Notes: generated from the sequence alone by a model not told the origin. A stretch of DNA of 64,000 bases from Octopus vulgaris (GCA_951406725.2 OX597818.1:122946001-123010000), one strand, 5' to 3'; counted from the first letter of the stretch, positions 27,469-40,669 are shown. Program-made: numbers and translations.

Positions 27469-28079
27469 TGAGAGAGGGAGAGAGAGAATAAGTGACGACC
27501 TTCATAAATTATAAAATGTAAAATGTTTTGTCTTTTCTTAATCACGAGATATAGTGTTCAAATTTAGGATGTTTTTGAAAGACACTATATTTTATAATCA
27601 TAGTATATATACTTTCTCACACAACAATTACAGTATATTTATTTTAAAACTTTTATCTTTCTCCCCTCTCTCTCACTCACATTACTTTGGGTGCGAAAGA
27701 ATTTTGCTTTTATTTTAGGCCGAGTAAAAATATGTTGAGTTAACAATCCATTTATTTAACAACACCGAAACAAGGAGGTGAGTAGCAATTTGTTAGTGAA
27801 TTGCACAATATAAATGGGTACAATTTCCGAGGCTTCCACCACACCCACTCCGTTTCACGGACCACAAATTTAACAACATTTTTCCATTCATTTCTGTTTA
27901 TGAACATGTATGCATGCACAAAACATGCAGTAGGTGTACGTATGTACATGTGTGTTCGTGTATGTTGCCCATATATATTTATTTTATATTATATATATAT
28001 AATATATATAATATACTCTTTATTCTTTTACTCTTTTACTTGTTTCAGCCATTTGACTGTGGCCATGCTGGAGCACTGC

Positions 28080-28219
28080 CTTATATATATAATATAACCA
28101 ATTTCAACGGATTTTGCCCAAATTTCACGTCGATATTACTTAGTTTGGTTTGAAATGAAGAACTAGATTAGCTTAATAATCGTAACTTAATCCCGGGCAA
28201 GGTCGGGTTATACTGCTAG
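28080..28219 (+). mobile_element. Short Helitron derivative (3' end)
   Basis: Ends CCCGGGCAAGGTCGGGTTATACTGCTAG|T, like the 34938 terminus. Confidence 0.65.
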
Positions 28220-28328
28220 TATATATATATATATCTGTATATATATATATATATATATATAATAAGTTTTTGCGTTATAAGATAAAAAACCAAGGCTGTA
28301 TAGATATTAGAGAATTTATAGATAGAAC

Positions 28329-28380
28329 GTCTTACAGCTGTTTCTAGGATATTACTTAATAATATCCCTTCATCGGAGAT
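28329..28380 (-). ncRNA. Type I hammerhead motif, CCGANGA core variant
   Basis: TCT-CCGATGA-A-GGGATATTA/TAATATCCT-A-GAAA-CAGCTG-TA-AGA; palindromic stem III ACAGCTGT; within a TA-flanked ~270-bp insert. Confidence 0.65.
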
Positions 28381-28726
28381 AGTGTGAGAGGAAAATTAAG
28401 TCATAGCAACCAACGTTAAACCTTTTATTTGCAATATTACCGAATCTGGAACTTAACTATGGTCTGTCTATATCACTTATTCAGCATTATTGACATCTTT
28501 GGGTCTCAATGACACCATTATCTCTTATATATATATATATATATATATTATATACTTATTTATAAACGTGCTGATCTATGCATCTTCACGTATACAGACA
28601 GACACACACACACACACACATATGTGCATATTTACGTAACAGTGACGAAACATACAAGGATAAACAGAAGTAGTGCATTGAAAATAAGAAGAAATTGTTA
28701 TATATGCATCTATGCTTGAAATAAAT

Positions 28727-28945
28727 GTTTGTGTGTCTATGTTCGTCCCCCTAGCATTGCTTGACAACCGATGCTGGTGCGTTTACGTCCCCGTCACTTA
28801 GCGGTTCGGCAAAAGAGACCGATAGAATAAGTACTGGGCTTACAAAGAATAAGTCCCGGGGTCGATTTGCTCGACTAAAGGTGGTGCTCCAGCATGGCCG
28901 CAGTCAAATGACTGAAACAAGTTAAAGAGTTAAAAGAGTTAAAGA
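28727..28945 (+). mobile_element. SINE family B, 3' half
   Basis: Near-identical to 31645-31840. Confidence 0.9.
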
Positions 28946-29060
28946 TCGACACCATAATAGAGCCTTCGTTTGATATTATACTTCCACGGGATAGGCAAAT
29001 CAAATAGAAACCTGGGCTTCGAGTGATATCCCTGATTTCTAATGTATATGTGTATGTGTG

Positions 29061-29101
<41 letters not shown>

Positions 29102-29791
29102 CTGCATGTGTGTCTGTGTGTGTGATTTCAAACGCCGTACCACAAAATATTCAAATGGTTTAAGATTTGTGATCATATTGGCCGTTATATATATATATTT
29201 GTATGCTTAAAACATGCTTAGTCATGCTGTAGAATAATGATGGAGTTATAACTTCAAATAGATTTTCTTTTTGTTTGTTTTTTGTTTTTTTTTGCTGTAT
29301 TTTTTTGTTTTTTTGCCAAATCAGTTTGACTGACAACGAAATAACCAGTTTCCGGTTGGTCATCAAACTGACGTTCATCTCTCACGTGAAGTGCTGAATG
29401 TAAAACACATGAAATAAACAGACCAACGCGCAGTTGCTGGTGGGGGCTATAAAGATAGAGATACATACTCAAATAAACGCAGATGCGCAAACACACGCAG
29501 TCATCCACACAAAACACATCCACACAAAACTCACACACACAAACACGCATATACATACGCACACACACGCGCACCAATACAAGTGCGCACCTGCCGATGC
29601 ATACACATCTATATGTATAGATATGTGTATATCTCTCACTGTTTCTCTCTCTATCTCTTTGCTTCTCTGTCAGTCTGATTGCCTGTCTGTCTCTTCTGTT
29701 TTTCTCTCTCGCTCTCTCTATGTATATATACACACACACGCATACACATGAATATATTTATTTATATATTTTATACAAGTATATGTGTCTA

Positions 29792-29841
<50 letters not shown>

Positions 29842-30923
29842 TATATGTATATATATATATACACCGCATATGTCAATGTATGTATATATGCACTTACTTA
29901 TGTTTGTGTGTATAAATATTTAGGTGTGTGTGTGACTTTCTGTGTGTGCGTATGTATATATGTGTGTATATGTGTATCTGTGTGTGTGTAAGTGTGCATG
30001 TGTGTGTATGTGCGAGTATATAAGTATGTGTTTTCATTTGTACTTTTGTACTTGTGCTGTCAGTTTAAACCTGACCTATGTTGGCATTATGGACCATAAA
30101 TGCCATTTTTATCTGTCAATTTCATCATTTTTGATCTGGTTTAAGTTGTTGTACATAAAACCTGCTATTCTCTTTAATAAACTCTTTCTCCGTCGTCTTT
30201 TCTCCTCGTTGCTTGCCATTCCATCATATTGCATTGTATTTACAAACTACTATTCTTTTGTCAATACGCATCCACTTACAAACACATGCAGCCACATGTA
30301 GTACACACGCGTATAGGAATATTTTAAAATATAGGACAAGAAAGAGAAAGGAAGAAGACCGTCATAAATATCTGAACACACAGACACTATATCAGTCATT
30401 GGCAACTTACTTAATGGCACGCCTAACGACAAATTAATTTAAGATATTTTATTAGTGCAGCCTGCCTGACGATGAGCCCTATCTCGTGAGGCCCGCTTCT
30501 CGAAAGAGGTTGCCAATGTTTCCTTTATATGTTGCTGAAACAGAATCTAGACTGAGCAACTGATTCAAGTGCTTTCCTATGTGAATATATGACAGACACA
30601 TTTCAACATAAGAAGCTGTAGTATTAACACCAGGGTACCTTACACTACAGGAAACAACGAAAAAAATCTTCTTATTCATCCTTGGCTTCCTTCTCCTTCA
30701 GTGCTAAAAGACAACTCCTTTTTTCCCCATCCTACATGTATATATATACGTGTATTATGTAGATTACTTATATGGATGCATATATTTTTGCTTTTTAAAT
30801 CTTTATCAGCCATTTAATTTGGCCTATATCTATATTTGTTTGAGGGTATATATGGTTGGCCTTACGTATGTGCGAACGTTTGAGCATGCATACGTGTAAA
30901 AGTTAGAGGGAAAATGGATACAC

Positions 30924-31006
<83 letters not shown>

Positions 31007-31452
31007 TTAGATAAACTTAGATATGTTTCGACCAGAGATTGGTCCAGGCCATGTCTAACTTAATAGCACCACCTGATAGGATTATTCGAATCCTGTTTAA
31101 GTCAAGTTTTGTTCAAGTAGTGAGTTCTTGTTGGGTGAGTTGTATCCAGTTGTATCCAGTTCTTGTTGGGTGAGTTGTATCCAATATATATACATATACA
31201 TGTATACATATATGTACGCATGAATGTATCTATATTGCTGATGTCTTGAGAATTTAGAAACGTCAAGAACGTAAATTCATTATGTCCTTAGGCATGGTGG
31301 CACTCAATCAAAATAAAGTAGTAATTAATAGCCCGGAATATTCCGTTAGCCTTCTATCCAAATGAATTTTAAAGCAATATTTATACACTAATTTGCTTCG
31401 AGAGCCATCCTTCCAACAAAAGAATTTTCTATGAATGCATATATATATATAT

Positions 31453-31840
31453 GCAGGAGTGTCTGTGTGGTAAGTAGTTTGCTTACCAACCACATGGTTC
31501 CGGGTTCAGTCCCACTGCGTGGCATCTTGGGCAAGTGTCTTCTGCTATAGCCTCGGGCCGACCAATGCCTTGTGAGTGGATTTGGTAGACGGAAACTGAA
31601 AGAAGCCTGTCATGTATATGTATATATATATATGTGTGTATGTGTTTGTGTGTCTGTGTTTGAAAACCGATGCTGGTGTGTTTACGTCCCCATCACCTAG
31701 CGGTTCGGCAAAAGAGACCGATAGAATAAGTACTGGGCTTACAAAGAATAAGTCCCGGGGTCGATTTGCTCGACTAAAGGCGGTGCTCTAACATGGCCAC
31801 AGTCAAATGACTGAAACAAGTAAAAGAGTAAAAGAGTAAA
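31453..31840 (+). mobile_element. tRNA-derived SINE family B, full length
   Basis: tRNA-like head (GGGTTCAGTCCC), CORE-like CTTGGGCAAGTGTCTT, internal microsatellite, (TAAAAGAG)n tail. Confidence 0.92.
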
Positions 31841-31850
31841 TATATATATA

Positions 31851-32630
31851 CGAGGGGTAACCAAAAAGAAACCGGTATTTTGCGATGTTATTTAATTCTC
31901 TTAGTTTTACATGTTTACTCTTTTATCACTTTCAAAGTATCCTCCATTTCAAACAATGCATCGGACCGGATGGGTTTCCCACTGTGCGAAACAGTGCTGG
32001 ATCTCTTGTGAAGTGATAACTTTTAACGCCTCTTTCGTTTTCTTCTTCACCACTTCCTCATCTGCAAATTCCGTAGCACCAGCTTTCATCCCCACTGACG
32101 ATCTTCGAAAAAAGGTCTGGATCAACTCCCAACTGTTCGTTCAGTTGACGATACGCATTAAGTTGTGACTGCTTTTGATCTTCCGTGAGTAAATGAAAGA
32201 CAAGTTTTGCTGCAGCTCTTTTCATTCACAATTCCTCGCCCCAAATTCGTTGGTAGGAGCTCTAGAACACCGCAGTCATATCAACAAATTTATCAATTGT
32301 TCAGCGATGGTCCTCCAAGACCAGTTCATGGATTCTCATTATGTCTTCATTCATTCGGGGCGGGGTCGACGGTCGCTCTGAAGGTAGTTGGTCTTTTAGC
32401 GACAAGTGACCATTCCTAAAGCGTGAAAATGCTCGTAAACTTGTGTTTTGCTTTCTGAGCTGTTTGAAGCATGACAAACGATTCGACCGCCATTTTCTCC
32501 ATCAGTAAAATTGAATTTCACGAAAGCACGCTGTTCCTTCCTTTCAGCCATCGCAAATATCGACGAACAGGGAAGAAGCACTGCAAAACGGAGACGCACC
32601 ACGTGCCAATATTACATGACACGACGACGC
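31851..32630 (-). mobile_element. Internally deleted mariner element
   Basis: TA-CGAGGGGTAACC terminus; minus translation MAERKEQRAFVKF, SKTQVYE, FSKIVSGDESWCYG joined to C-terminal KEALKVITSQEIQHCFAQW..GGYFESDK. Confidence 0.88.
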
Positions 32631-32639
32631 CAAGAACAG

Positions 32640-32845
32640 CTGTAGAAATGAGTTGCGACGTCTCTGGTGCCAAGCTGTATCGACCTTTGTCTTTCCCTTG
32701 GATAACACTGGTGGCGTGGAGAGAGGAGGCTGGTATGCATGGGCGACTGCTGGTCTTCCATAAACAACCTCGCCCGGACTTGTGTCTAGGAGGGTAACTT
32801 CTAGGTGCAATACCATGGTCTGTGTCGTGACCGAAGGGGGTCTCC
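32640..32845 (+). mobile_element. SINE family D, 3' part
   Basis: Tail ..TTCTAGG..TGACCGAAGGG shared with 37352-37510. Confidence 0.6.
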
Positions 32846-33581
32846 GAATATATACTTTACACACACACACACACACACACACTTATGTAGACTTCCCAAC
32901 AAAACTGGTCTCTGTCTCACGTTTATTCGGCCAAGCATTGGTTTCTGGGTTACGAGTCGGGATGTGTTCTCCGGCAATGCAATTCATTTCACGTTGGTCA
33001 TTCATGACGTCTGAAATTATTACCAGTTAAGGGTTGTTTAGAAATCACACCGTTGATATTCACCTAGCTGAAGTGTGGGATGGTCTAGACTCGAATGTAT
33101 GTGTGTGTGTGTGTGTGTATGAATGTATGTATATATTTACGTAAATAAAAGATATTAAAGACGTGGTCGAGCACTACAGTAGATTCAAAAGCTTATTGGT
33201 TGCATCTTACGTAACATTATGAATATCTTGTAGCCGTCTGGTATACTTTGCCAGGGAGTACTGGTTGTAGATTATGTAGAGTAAGGAGAAAATCATTAAT
33301 AGATTTGATGAGCTTGTGAGACGTTAAATATAAATAACGAAATACCTTCCTCTCTTATAAACCTTTACTCACATTTGTAATTAATTCTTTTTACTTTATA
33401 TTTAATGTTAACTTAAGAAAATTCACTTTCGCTCGCTAGATAACTTATTAGTATATATACACACAGATTACACAAGACATTTTACCGTTATAAACCATAA
33501 TTTCTGTCATATCCTATTTATTTGTAGTAACTGAAAATGTCATAAGGAGCATCGTCTTAATTCGCCTTTGGGTCCTACTCC

Positions 33582-33811
33582 CTTTTACTCTTTTACTTGT
33601 TTCAGTCATTTTGACTGCGGCCATGCTGGAGCACCGCCTTTAGTCGAGCAAATCGACCCCGGGACTTATTCTTTGTAAGCCCAGTGCTTATTCTGTCGGT
33701 CTCTTTTGCCGAACCGCTAAGTGACGGGGACGTAAATACACCAGCATCGGTTGTCAAGCAATGCTAGGGGGACAAACACAGACACACAAACACACACACA
33801 CACACACACAC

Positions 33812-33883
<72 letters not shown>

Positions 33884-34045
33884 GACAGGCTTCTTTCAGC
33901 TTCCGTCTACCAAATCCACTCACAAGGCATTGGTCGGCCCGGGGCTATAGCAGAAGACACTTGCCCAAGTTGCCACGCAGTGGGACTGAACCCGGAACCA
34001 TGTGGTTGGTTAGCAAGCTACTTACCACACAGCCACTCCTGCGCC
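33582..34045 (-). mobile_element. SINE family B, full length
   Basis: Reverse complement of 31453-31840 with expanded internal (TA)n. Confidence 0.92.
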
Positions 34046-34543
34046 TTTTCTATTTACTTTTCTATTTAACATTATTTAGCGTAATTATGATCTGCTCTGG
34101 TAGAACTTTCAACTAATTTTATTAATCATTATACCAAACAATGAATACCACATTACTCCTGTATGTTACTCCTACGCGGCAATGTGGAGATTTGGCTGAG
34201 ATTATATATTTCCCACACATTTCGTTCCTGACAGCTAACTCATTACTTCGGTTAATTTCCAAATTCCTCTGAGTGTCATGTAACATCCTAAATCCTACTA
34301 TCTATATGTTTTCGTGTTTCGTTTTTCAATATACCGATCTACCATAAACTTATGCATGCTTTTTTTGTTGCGTATGAATTAATGCGTCTATATAAGCTTT
34401 TACTAATTATATTTATCTATCCTGAGCAATAAAAATACTAGCCTCCGACGCCCCGGCTGCCCATTATTTATGCCATTTATATCTTAATGAGATTATAATC
34501 CACTACAGCCACTACAATATGACGCAATATTGACTTGTAAATA

Positions 34544-34938
34544 TCTATATATATAAAAGTGAAGTTGTGTGAGTGTCTGTCTCCTACGATTTAGATTCCT
34601 AACTACTCCCACATTTTGCGGTGCAGTTTAACCAGAACCGGGTATCTTATAGGCGTGATTCATATCGAGCCCTTCTGGGTATTAGCGCGCGTCTACGATG
34701 AGTCTACGATTTTAGAAATAATTTACCATAATTTTTTTTCCATTTTAAAGCATATTTTTAAATAAAGGGAAGTAACTCTCTAAAAATGTCTACGATGAGT
34801 CAATGATTTAAAAAAAATTTACCATAATTTTTTTCCATTTTTAATGCATTTTTTGCTGTTTTTTTGGCTATAACTCTCTAAAAATGCTTTATAGTTATTT
34901 CCCTTACCATCCCGAGCAACGCCGGGCGATACTGCTAG
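34544..34938 (+). mobile_element. Non-autonomous Helitron
   Basis: A|TC start, internal ~95-bp tandem duplication, 3' hairpin CCCGAGCAACGCCGGG and CTAG|T. Confidence 0.88.
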
Positions 34939-35425
34939 TTTAATATACTTGGTAGTATGTTATGGATGCGGACGAAATTGTCTCTTTGCTAACAAATTAT
35001 AATTTGGGTATGCTCACACCGAAATGAAACCACACTCCTACTTATATCGCTCAGGTATTCGGTAAATAGGGCACGTAAATCATTCTTTACCGGTTTCAAT
35101 CTGCACTCTCACATTTTTAATTCTTACTGCTAGCTCTGTTTTATTTTACATTCAGCATCACAGTGGACTAATTTCAGCCTAAATAGTCGCATATATTCAT
35201 GATGAAAACGTACATCAGGCAGCTAAAAGACATTTGTAAAGTTACGTAAGATGCACCCAAATAGCTTTTGAAACAGCAGTGGTACTCGACGAACTCTTCC
35301 ATCACTGATATTTACACATTTGATTATCGTGATATAAGCAATGTTTGTTGCTTTAAAAAAGGAGTTGAAATAGTAGTTGTCATCGGAATTTTCTATTAAA
35401 TCTCAGTTTATGGACAATATAATCA

Positions 35426-35621
35426 TTTACTATTTTACTTATTTCAGTCATTTGACTGCAGCCATGTTGGATCAACACCTTTATAGTCGAGCGAATCAAC
35501 CCCAGAGCTTATTCTTTGTAAGCGTAGTACTTAGTCTATCGGTCTCTTTACGTCCCCCGTAAACACACCGATACTGGGAGGACAAACAGGCACACAAACA
35601 TACACACACACACACACATAC

Positions 35622-35673
<52 letters not shown>

Positions 35674-35863
35674 ATTGATTCTATGATTGATTCTAGCTTC
35701 AGCTCATGAGCTGTGGCCATGCTGGGGCACCGCCATTTATATATATTTATATAGAAGGCCTCCTCGCTTAGCCAGCGTGGTGGCGTCATTTGAAGGCTAA
35801 AACAATGCGAAGCGCATTGTGACCAGCGATGTGTAGCAACATCTGATAGGCTGGTTGGTCACA

Positions 35864-35909
<46 letters not shown>

Positions 35910-36069
35910 CGAGCTTCTTCCTGTTTCCGTCTACCGAATCCACTCACAAGATTTTGGTCGACCCGAGGATATAGTAGAAGACACTTGTCCAAGGTGCCAC
36001 GCAGTGGGACTGAACCCGGGACCAGGTGGTTGGTAAGCAAGCTACATACCACGCAGCCACTGCTGCGCC
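35426..36069 (-). mobile_element. SINE family B with two short elements nested in its internal microsatellite
   Basis: 3' half 35426-35600, 5' half 35907-36069; inserts at 35692-35734 and 35757-35866. Confidence 0.8.
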
Positions 36070-36856
36070 TATATTTATGCATTAATTAATAAAGTTTGTA
36101 GATCAGTTATCGAGTCATCTCTGTATTTACATGCAGACAATATATAGTTCTCTATACATGCACTAAATATATTAAAGGCTATCCAACTGCGTTTTACCAC
36201 TGTCCTTTGGTTGACCCTACTGCATTATAAATACACACACACACACACACACACATACACAATAATAGAAATTGGGGATTAAAGAAATAACTCAGTACTT
36301 CATGCAAAAGTCTGGCTAATAGAATGTCAAGTACAGAAGATAGAAACCCTTGTGGGTGTAGATTCTATTTACTAAATTATCTGAATGGAGAACTCTTGAT
36401 GTGTATAACTCTAATACTATGCAGAATCACTTCCAACAGAATATATGCTTACTGGAAACTGTGAACATCTAACATAATGATTTTAAATATGTCAAAAATG
36501 TTTCAAGGCCCTCTTCATGAATTAATTGATTACTCAATTGATAAATTATGCATATCACTGTTAGCGATAGAACAATTCCTGCAGCCGTCCTTAAAAATTA
36601 AGAAAACGAATTGCCTTATTATCTGGTGATAAGAAGATAGAAAGACAAGTATTTCTGCCTAAACAGACGTTATCATTGCGACAATTGTGCAACATTATCT
36701 CCAGTAGTCATGGAGCTCACTCTTATACAAAACTAGTAAACAGTACAACACAATTATGGGTGTACGCAATTTGCATAGTTTAAGCAAGATATGGCTCAGA
36801 GATATAAATCAGTGATCAGTGGCATGAATATGAACAACATAAATACACATACATAA

Positions 36857-36919
<63 letters not shown>

Positions 36920-36921
<2 letters not shown>

Positions 36922-37125
36922 GGTCCCGGGTTGATTCGGGGTTAACCACAGTAAATAAGGTACTCAATACATAGCAGAGTAAAATTAATTTATTATATAG
37001 AGCTAGAAGGAGTTCTACAGGACTAGAACTCAATTTCATTCAAGAGAAATCATCAGGAAGCTTCCTGATGATTTCTCTTGAATGAAACAGGTCTAGTCCT
37101 GTAGAAGCTCCTTCTATATAATAAA
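36920..37125. mobile_element. Fold-back hammerhead element in (TA)n
   Basis: Palindrome centred on GAAG|CTTC at 37060/37061, arms ~65-70 bp. Confidence 0.85.
37059..37109 (+). ncRNA. Type I hammerhead ribozyme, near-canonical
   Basis: AGCTTC-CTGATGA-T-TTC(TCTT)GAA-T-GAAA-CAGG(TCTAGT)CCTG-TA-GAAGCT; stem I 6 bp, stem III 5 bp, GUA triplet, predicted cut after 37103. Confidence 0.85.
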
Positions 37126-37148
37126 TATATATATATATATATACATAC

Positions 37149-37206
<58 letters not shown>

Positions 37207-37351
37207 TACTTATATATATATATATATATATATGATTGATTGATTGATTCTAGTTTCAGCTCACGAGCTGTGGCCATGCTGGGGCACCACCATTTTATAC
37301 ACATATATATATATATATGTATATGTATATGTATATATGTATGTATGTAAA

Positions 37352-37510
37352 GGTTCATGGCTCAGTGGTTAGAGCGTGAGGCTCATAATCATAACATAGT
37401 GAAGACGATTCCTAGACCGGGTTGTGTTGTGATCTTGAGCGTGACACTTTATTCCACGTTGCTTGTGCACGAGAAGGGACCTTTCTAGGCCATTCATGAC
37501 CGAAGGGAGG
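37352..37510 (+). mobile_element. tRNA/CORE SINE with family D tail, internally deleted
   Basis: TGGCTCAGTGGTTAGAGCG head, CTTGAGCGTGACACTTTATTCCACGTTGC, TGACCGAAGGG. Confidence 0.65.
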
Positions 37511-37569
37511 GAGCAAATTAAAGTTAGTGTAGAGACGAAGACTGACTTGCTAATGCTATACATAAGAAG

Positions 37570-37953
37570 GTGGAGGCGCAATGGCCCAGTGGTTAGGGCA
37601 GCGGACTCGCGGTCGTAGGATCGTGGTTTCGATTCCCAGACCAGGCGTTGTGAGTGTTTATTGAGCGAAAACACCTAAAGCTCCACGAGGCTCCTGCAGG
37701 GATGGTGGTGATCCCTGCTGTACTCTTTCACCACAACTTTCTCTCACTCTTACTTCCTGTTTCTGTTGTACCTGTATTTCAAAGGGCCGGCCTTGTCACT
37801 CTCTGTGTCACGCTGAATATCCCCGAGAACTACGTTAAGGGTACACGTGTCTGCGGATTACTCAGCCACTTACACGTTAATTTCACGAGCAGGCTGTTCC
37901 GTTGATCGGATCAACCGGAACCCTCGTCGTCGTAACCGACGGACTGCTTCCAA
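37570..37953 (+). mobile_element. tRNA-derived SINE family A, full length with TSD
   Basis: A and B boxes; 12-bp TSD ATACATAAGAAG at 37558-37569 and 37954-37965. Confidence 0.95.
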
Positions 37954-38849
37954 ATACATAAGAAGCTATCTTTTATAACGCAAGACAGTATTCAGATATA
38001 AATAAAGAAATACGATTTATTTCCAAATCAGAGTGAAAGGCAAAGTAGACAGTAACAGAATCGAAAAGTAGAAACAATATTATTTTTATTTACTCTTGTA
38101 TTATAAATTTAAGACATTTCCTTTTCATTTTATTTTGTAGTTTTGTTTTACGTGTTTTAGTCGATAATACAATTTTAGGTGATTTCAAACGTTCCGGTGA
38201 TTGCTTTGGCATTGACGGTTAAATGGAATAATTTAAAAGTAATGATTTGCCTCGGGAAATACTCCATCATCGTTTTTAAAATCCCTCGCAGAAACACCGG
38301 TACGATAAGCATATGAATTTAATGTAATTATACATAAGCATCCATGACACACACACACACACACGCTTATTGACAGAAAAGTTATGAAGTGGCAAAGGGT
38401 TGAGTGTTTCGTACAACGCACTTGCCATACATGGATCTTGCATGTCTCATTGTATGTGTGTCGCAGAGGAAGGTCATAAAATCAAGTGTGTGAGTTACTT
38501 CCTTTCAAGTTGAGCCTCCCCATAAACAAATCCGCGGCATTAACGCTTTCCTCTATGATGACGACAAAGATACATACATATGTATATGTATATGTGAATG
38601 TCGAACGATGAAATGAGTGCTCAACTCCGCATTGGTGGATATATAATTTCTATATTTGTGAATTAAAGCTACCGTTGGTTACGTGTTAAGAAAATAGGAA
38701 AATATCCTAGTGTCATAACAATTTTTCAAACTGAACCCATGGAGAAAGATGTTCGCCTCCATTTTGGAAAATAATCTCGCTTCGTAAAATCGCGTAAATA
38801 TAACAATGAACCAATGTTTTATTGCTTCATGGATTCATTAATTCAGAAC

Positions 38850-39970
38850 AAAATTACATGGAGTTCAAAAAATACCGAAATCTAAGGAGAGGTCGTATGG
38901 TATTTTAGGTCCGACAGTTGTTTCTGGAGGCTTGGAATTACATAATAGTTGTAATGTTGGCAGACAAAATGTGAAAAATGTTAAGGATGTGTAACCAATA
39001 GTGGATGCATATAAACACTGCCGTAAAGCTAGCCTCCATCTTCAGGGTGGTAAAATTGGCATCTAGCAGTTCAGGTCGTAATGCTAGAAAATTTAAGTTG
39101 GCGGCTCAGCGGGAAGGGGAGTGTCGGAGCAGAGGAAGGTCAAGAAGAGAGAGAAGAAGCTGAGCAGGGAGAGGGAGGGGTGAGTGACCAAGAGATGAAG
39201 AGAAGTAGAAGTGGAAGTGGTGAGTGGAGAGATATAAGGGAAGGGATGGGATGGATAGTGTTGTTAGAGGTGACATCATTGTGCGGGGTGATGATAGCAG
39301 ATGTTATAAATTAGAGATAATGATTCATGATTCATGACGGCTATAGAACTTAGAAAGGGAAATGGGTACGATGAAAGAAGGGAGGGGCAAGTACTGAATT
39401 GAAGGGAAGGGAGGACATTGAAATAAAGGGAAGGGAACTTGTTACAGTTTCGGCTAGGTAGGGATGCAATAATTTGAAAAATGAATGGGGATTGGCAGCA
39501 GAGGAAGAATACTGTACATTAGCATGCTTCCTCTATCAAATGGACATACCAGATCAAGTACAGGGTGTACCACACGACAGGTGTCGAAGGGATCGTAGAG
39601 GAACGTGAGATGAAGTATTTTACTAACGTATATTTTACTAAAGAACACAACGTACCACCCGGTCCAGGAACAGAGACCATGGTCTCATATTGATATAAAG
39701 GGAAGGGATCTAGTTATAGAGGCCGATAAGGAGGGAATGCAGAAATTCAAAAAATGAATGGCGGCTGGCAGCAGAGGGAAAATACCGAAGTAGGAAGAAA
39801 GGTATGATAGTAAACTGAGAGAGACAGATGGAGTGTGATAAACGGAGGTTGGTAGTAATGTTAAGGGTTAAGTAATGCTAAGCAGTTCCGGTTGAGGGAT
39901 GACGCGAGGTGGAGGTGGACATGGAATTCCAAGGATTAGGGTGGGATGATGGCATTGCAGAATGTGCTAT
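38850..39970 (-). mobile_element. Probable PLE 3' region (pyrimidine-rich UTR) ending in a hammerhead
   Basis: Strong purine skew on plus strand, internal duplication ~39415-39510 / ~39690-39785, hammerhead at distal end. Confidence 0.5.
38908..39050 (-). ncRNA. Type I hammerhead motif with 98-nt stem II loop
   Basis: CC-CTGAAGA-TGGAGGCT-(98 nt)-AGCCTCCA-GAAA-CAACTG-TC-GG; 8-bp perfect stem II, GUC triplet. Confidence 0.7.
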
Positions 39971-40396
39971 GTATATATGTATAGTAGTCTTTTATAAGCT
40001 TGAAGCTTTTAAGCGCTCACCATATATATATACAGTGTGCATTTAAATACATAAGAGGCATCCATCATAGGACTCCTTAAACGCCAGAGAGAACAGTTAA
40101 ATTCCAAACACCTATTAGGGATAAAATTTCGATGAGAATGAAAAATAAAAACATTTACCATCTAACTCCTGGACCATTGCTTTCAGACTTTTTTTAGCAA
40201 ATAAAATAATTTGCTAGGCGAAGTCTTCTTCAGCAGGTACACCTTAGATTAAACATATACACACTAGGTATCCAGTATATGCCCCGTGCTTATACATTCT
40301 AAGTTTTCAAATCTACCGCGCAAGCCCAGCTCCATGTTGGCAGTAAATAAAAATGCCGTCTTTTCAATTCGAAAATTATCCAGAAAAAAATTATCA

Positions 40397-40510
40397 ATAA
40401 TTAATAATATCAAAGGGTAATCAGAAATATTAGAAATATCCATTACCGAAGGTAATAGAAATTTCTAATATTTCTAATATTTGTGATTACCCTTTGATAT
40501 TATTAATTAT
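40397..40510. repeat. Inverted repeat (~43-bp arms) beside (TA)n
   Basis: 40397-40439 pairs with 40468-40510; spacer has hairpin ATTACC/GGTAAT followed by AGAAA. Confidence 0.85.
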
Positions 40511-40541
40511 ATATGTATATATATTTATATGTATATATAAC

Positions 40542-40590
<49 letters not shown>

Positions 40591-40669
40591 CGGAGAGGAG
40601 GTGTAAGTAGAATAGATATGTTGCTTGCACATCTAAGTTGTACATTAAGGTTGAAAAATAATTACGTGA

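Noticed and set aside
26139-27545. K/F/N-rich ORFs and CRISPR-like regularity
   Set aside because: Translations of the minisatellite; no unique spacers, no cas genes, eukaryotic context
30457-30513. CTGACGA..CTCGAAA hammerhead-like motif
   Set aside because: No stem III or UH site; a similar partial motif at 31015-31050 lacks the core
32883-33010. Minus-strand acceptor and 42-codon frame DVMNDQREMNC...KST*
   Set aside because: No homology or partner exons; such frames arise by chance
37570-37650. tRNA gene-like sequences (also 41004, 31453, 44896)
   Set aside because: SINE heads continuing into repeat bodies without a proper acceptor stem
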